A DNA stretch of 52,713 nt, counting the filler, from Trypethelium eluteriae (lineage: Eukaryota), in the NCBI GenBank assembly GCA_051942245.1. It is 3 parts of 3 records of this genome, joined end to end, with 100 filler letters (N's around TTAATTAATTAA, not from the genome) between each part and the next. Parts side by side here need not be neighbours in the genome. Positions count along the whole stretch, not along the records: positions 35,225 to 52,713 come from JAVECL010000588.1; 2 more parts are not named here. The stretch is one strand, 5' to 3'. The notes beneath the pieces are model-generated. The model saw only the letters and a list, made by a program, of their open reading frames with translations. It had not been told where the DNA came from and did no database searches. Shown here one piece after another: positions 48,431 through 52,713 of this stretch; the first letter of the stretch is position 1, and the number at the start of each line of letters is the position of its first letter. The position numbers were made by a program, and so were the translations under genes.

Positions 48431-48799
48431 GATGGGGGAATTATAACCGTTACCGGAAGACTCACGAGAGCAAGATCGACTAGAAATGTGACGAGCTTGA
48501 CAAATGCATGGGAGCCACACTATTTGATAAATTATGAAGACTTGATATTAGTAACTGCTTCTAATAATGCAAGTTGGAAGGGGTAATAATGATACAGGAT
48601 GCATCAACTTCAAGTCCTTCCAGTTATGCATGTACATAAGAGTTGCTTAAAAGTCCATCGAAATTGCGGGACCGATGCCCCTGTTCATTGTTACACTAGC
48701 ACATACTGTAATCCGCAAAGCCTTGATACGAACATCATCCTCGTTGATTGCGCATCGCGTGACAAATCCTCTTCCCGAGAAACCCTGTAGATCTAGATT

Positions 48800-50797
48800 A
48801 TGGTGAAAAAAGATAAAAAGACCAAAGCGGCAGAGAAGAAGATTCGCGTCGCACAGAAGCAAGACAAAAAGGCGGCGCAAAAAGAGAAAAAGGCCAAAAC
48901 CAAATCCAAGGACGACGACAGCGAAGCTGAAGATGTTGACCTGGACACGGTGCTTGCAGAGTACGCAAGGCAGCAGGAGCAGTTCCTGAAAGTCACAGAG
49001 ACGCCATCAGAACCGCCTTCTGCCCGAAGCTCGAGCGCACTAATTGCATCTCCGTCTAATGATAATGAGTTATTCCTATTTGGAGGTGAGTCCTTCGTTG
49101 AAAGCATCGCTCGCTTCTACAACGATCTCTTCGTCTACAATATCAAAAATGACACCTGGCGACTCGTGACAAGCCCAAACTCACCTCTGCCGCGAAGTGG
49201 GCATGCTTGGTGTCGAGGGGGTAATACCGGAGGTATCTATCTATTTGGAGGCGAATTCAGTTCTCCCAAGCAGGGAACTTTCTACCATTACAATGACTTT
49301 TGGTATCTCGATCCTTCTAGTAGGGAATGGACGAAATTGGAGACTAAGGGTAAAGGCCCACCAGCGCGAAGCGGACATCGGATGACGTACTTCAAGAATT
49401 ATATCATACTATTTGGTGGTTTCCAAGATACATCACAACAGACCAAGTACTTACAAGACGTTTGGCTTTACGACTGCAGAGAGCAAATCTGGCACTGTCC
49501 CACACTCTCACAGAAGCCGGACGCTCGATCATCGTTCTCGCTTCTCCCTCATGACTCTGGCGCAGTCCTGTATGGAGGCTACTCCCGAGTCAAGATAACC
49601 AAGACATCGGGTAATCAGAAGAAGGGCAGTGGATTAGCTTCCCGTATCGTCATGTCTCCAAAAGTTCATGAGGATACCTGGTTCCTCCGCGTTACCCAGC
49701 TCGATGCCACAAGTCCTGCAAATTCACCTCCAATCGTGCGTTGGGAACGAAGGAAGAAGCCAGCTAACTCCCCTAACCCGCCACGCGCTGGCGTGCAAAT
49801 GACCTATCATCGAGGCCGTGGGGTTTGCTTCGGCGGCGTGCACGATGTAGAGCAGACTGAGGAGGGTATGGAAAGCGAATTCTTCAATGACTTATTCGCA
49901 TGGAATGTCGACCGCAATCGCTTCTTCCAACTAAACCTACGTAAACCAAGGAGGCAGACCAAAGCAGCGCCTGTCGTCAACCGGGGAAGAAGACAGCGCG
50001 GAAAAGTCGCAGAGGAGGAATTACTGCGGAATCTTGCCGCGCTAGAAACCAAGGGCGCCGTCTCAGAAATGGACATGGACGAGGTCGATGTGATGAATGG
50101 CAAGGAAGAGGAAGACGCGGACAAACAGCAGAAGACAGTCAGCTTTGAAATGCCTCATATCCGATTCAACGCCGCCCTGACCGTCCAAGATGATATGCTA
50201 TACATCTTCGGTGGCACATTCGAAAAGGGAGATGCAGAATATACATTCGACGAAATGCTGTCCATCGACCTCGACAAGCTTGACGGCGTGACCGAGATCT
50301 ATAAGCGTGATCTACCTGAATGGCAAGGCAGTGAAGATGAGGATAGCGATGAGGATGATGAAGAGAATGAGGATGAGGACATGGAAGACGAAGACGATGC
50401 ACAGGAGGACGAAGCCTCTGCAATCCCGAGAACCCCAACAGAATCTTCGGTCACCGAGGAGTCAACGACACCCTCAATGACTGAAGAGGACCCGATAGAC
50501 TCATCTGCCCTAACAGACTCGAAGCCACACCCCCGACCATTTGAGAGCTTGAAAGACTTCTTCGCACGCACCTCCCTTCAGTGGCAGGAGATACTTCTAT
50601 CAGATGCCTTACGTGATCGCGAGAACCAGGAGAAGAGTGTGAAAGAGATCAAGAAAGACGCATTTGAGCTTGCGAAAGAGAAGTTCTGGGATTGCCGTGA
50701 GGAGATTCGAGCCTTGGAGATCGAGCAGGAAGAAGCTGGTATTGGCGAAGTTGTCAGCGTAACCGAAAGAGGAGAGCAGGGAAAGAGTCGACGATAA
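48800..50797 (+). CDS. KEL3: Kelch-repeat protein, Kel3/KLHDC4 family
   Basis: Lys-rich N-terminus, repeated LFGG..YND kelch blades, SPLPRSGH, GPPARSGHRM, acidic tract, C-terminal PHPRPFESLKDFFART domain. Confidence 0.9.
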   Translation: MVKKDKKTKAAEKKIRVAQKQDKKAAQKEKKAKTKSKDDDSEAEDVDLDTVLAEYARQQEQFLKVTETPSEPPSARSSSALIASPSNDNELFLFGGESFVESIARFYNDLFVYNIKNDTWRLVTSPNSPLPRSGHAWCRGGNTGGIYLFGGEFSSPKQGTFYHYNDFWYLDPSSREWTKLETKGKGPPARSGHRMTYFKNYIILFGGFQDTSQQTKYLQDVWLYDCREQIWHCPTLSQKPDARSSFSLLPHDSGAVLYGGYSRVKITKTSGNQKKGSGLASRIVMSPKVHEDTWFLRVTQLDATSPANSPPIVRWERRKKPANSPNPPRAGVQMTYHRGRGVCFGGVHDVEQTEEGMESEFFNDLFAWNVDRNRFFQLNLRKPRRQTKAAPVVNRGRRQRGKVAEEELLRNLAALETKGAVSEMDMDEVDVMNGKEEEDADKQQKTVSFEMPHIRFNAALTVQDDMLYIFGGTFEKGDAEYTFDEMLSIDLDKLDGVTEIYKRDLPEWQGSEDEDSDEDDEENEDEDMEDEDDAQEDEASAIPRTPTESSVTEESTTPSMTEEDPIDSSALTDSKPHPRPFESLKDFFARTSLQWQEILLSDALRDRENQEKSVKEIKKDAFELAKEKFWDCREEIRALEIEQEEAGIGEVVSVTERGEQGKSRR

Positions 50798-51568
50798 TCG
50801 CGATGAGCAGAACACCATCCCGTTGATATGTCGTGAGAGAATGTAGAGGTAATGCTACCGTTAACAGTCAAAAGGCTGGCTTCGCCAAATGATAAAACTC
50901 TGATACGAAACTTACGAACCCTTCTACATTACGCGATGCAGAACAGAAATTTGGAGATCCTATGCAGAACCCTTACTTGTAACAGGGGCCACAGCCAGAT
51001 CTTCGAACATCCGCCAGAGCATTGTATTTGCATCCAAGTAATACTTTTGCTTTTTACCTCATATCCTTTAATTTATAGCATTGTTGTCAATTCATAACAT
51101 CCTTCTCAATCTCTGGGTTTCCTCATACAAAAGCCGTATAAATCGGCAGTGGCAATCGTGTCGAAGTCACGCTCTACAGACCAAAGCCATTTTCGAACCC
51201 TGCCGGCCCTCTTTGGCGTGCCGCTACGTGTCGCAGATAGGGCTTGACGATTAATTAAACTCCGGTATTGGGACATCCTAATTTGCAATGAGGTCGTGGA
51301 GAGACGACGCTACAGGGGTACCATGATTGAGTTCCATGTAGCAAATACGGTGGATTAGAATAGGGGAGTTCACTGCAGACTCAAAGGATGTAGAAGTGGG
51401 ATGAGTGACGCAATTGGGGCAGCACAGTAATTCGAGGGACCAATCCACCTGCCCAGGAGTGCTACGCTACCTAACCCACGTACATGCGGTCGGCACCTAT
51501 ATAAAACAACTCAATTGTTTGGAATCCTTTTGCTGAGCTTGTCAATCACTGCTCAGCCAAAGGTCAAC

Positions 51569-51900
51569 ATGTCGACCTTGAACGAACTCAAAAAGTCGAG
51601 CCAAGAGCTAAACAGTAAGCTATCGGAATCTCTTAGACTACGAGATGGTATACTGGAGTACGCTAGAATAACGTACTCCGTCCAGACAGTGTCGCTTCAA
51701 TCCAGAGGACACTTGACAATCTACGAGCTCGGCAGAACCAAAATCTCTCCAAGCCAAAGCCGCAGAAGACAACGATTAACCCCGAAAGCAAGCCGAAGAA
51801 GGCGTCCTCATCCGCTGGATCATCAGAATCAAGCAAGCCAGGGGCTGCATCCGCCTCAGGCCAGAAGAAGAAGCCAAGAAAACTGGAAAGGCGGTCATGA
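51569..51900 (+). CDS. Small basic protein (~86 aa), 2 exons (intron 51615-51685), unknown function
   Basis: TATAAAA near 51500, CAACATGTC start, GTAAGC..CCAG intron gives MSTLNELKKSSQELNNSVASIQRTLDNLRARQ...GQKKKPRKLERRS*. Confidence 0.55.
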
Positions 51901-51995
51901 CAACTTCAGGTCAATCTTCGTGTCCATTGAGTTCTATACATGCTATGGTCTATCTGCCAAGTCATTGGGCTCCGTCGTATTTTTCTCTGATTGAA

Positions 51996-52713
51996 TCAGT
52001 AGCTTTTGTGCAAACCTAACCCTATCCAAGAGCCAGTACTCACCGCGCCTATTAGCATATCATCCACATAGGCTCTTACCGCTGGATTGCTTCTTGCCGC
52101 CGCCACCAGTTCAACGACGTTCTGCCCATCCACCAACACGAGCTTCAATACTACGACCCACAGTCCCAGGAAAACACCTCCCATTAGCTCCCACACAGGA
52201 TCCAACGGGAATTCCCAACCTCCATTACCAGCCACGCTGTGAATTAGATATGGCGCAAAAAGCAGCAAACGCATGAAGAGAAAAAGATCCATGAACCAAC
52301 GCGAAGCCTGCAAGTTCGACAGAGAGTAAAGCACGACCATGAAGAGGCCCCCTATCCCGTAAGCACCCAGCATCGCTGACGGCGAAGAAGAACCCGCGCT
52401 CCCAGTCTCCCTGCCCTTCTCTGTCTTCCGCGCCTCAGTCTTCGGCAGACAAAGCAGCGTGATGAAGAACAAGTTCAGCGTGAACGACATGGGAAGGATC
52501 TGGCCGAGAGCAAAGTACGCCCAGAGATGAGAGACTCCTCTACCGCGTCCTACCTCCACCGTCAACGAAACGATTAATACAGCATGCATCTCTCCTCAAT
52601 TGGCACGAGAACGAGCCTTGAGGAAGACAGAAAAGAATGGCAATGAGAGGGGGGGAAGCCATCTCACCTTTCCTCGCCATCCACTGCCCCCCGACCATCA
52701 TCCCCGCCACCAC
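51996..52713 (-). CDS. Fungal multi-pass membrane protein of unknown function, 3' part (5' end off contig)
   Basis: Hydrophobic ORF with HLWAYFALGQILPMSFTLNLFF and NPAVRAYVDD; no clear start inside the window. Confidence 0.7.

Noticed and set aside
1..52713. CRISPR arrays, rRNA, intact transposases or prokaryotic defence systems
   Set aside because: No repeat-spacer arrays, rRNA motifs or transposase/RT motifs seen; sequence is fungal

Overview
Eukaryotic DNA from a filamentous ascomycete (Pezizomycotina): short GT..CTRAC..YAG spliceosomal introns and typical fungal genes. The window is three contigs (1-17534, 17635-35124, 35225-52713) joined by artificial 100-bp N44-TTAATTAATTAA-N44 linkers, apparently in size order, so adjacency across linkers is not biological. 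Contig 1 has part of a secondary-metabolite cluster (SDR, cytochrome P450, highly reducing PKS KS-AT-DH-cMT-ER-KR-ACP, possibly an aldo-keto reductase) and a truncated coiled-coil gene whose last ~115 bp look bacterial. Contig 2 has a MEMO1-family gene, an Ato/AcpA acetate transporter, a tRNA-Val(UAC), an AAA ATPase, a small Ser-rich ORF with a 3' hairpin, a membrane protein, BolA and an acyl-CoA synthetase. Contig 3 has BLI-3, a PCI-domain protein, an FMO-like monooxygenase, an SH3 membrane protein, a salicylate-hydroxylase-like gene flanked by two related MITE-like repeats, a proline iminopeptidase and a Kel3-like gene. The standout observation is the tRNA-Val gene (22830-22969, minus). Besides an ordinary 14-nt anticodon-loop intron it carries a 53-nt mRNA-type intron (GTAATT...CCTAAC...GCAG) in the D-loop, and exact removal of both restores a 73-nt cloverleaf. 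Exon boundaries were read by eye and are approximate; family calls come from motif recognition, not database searches.
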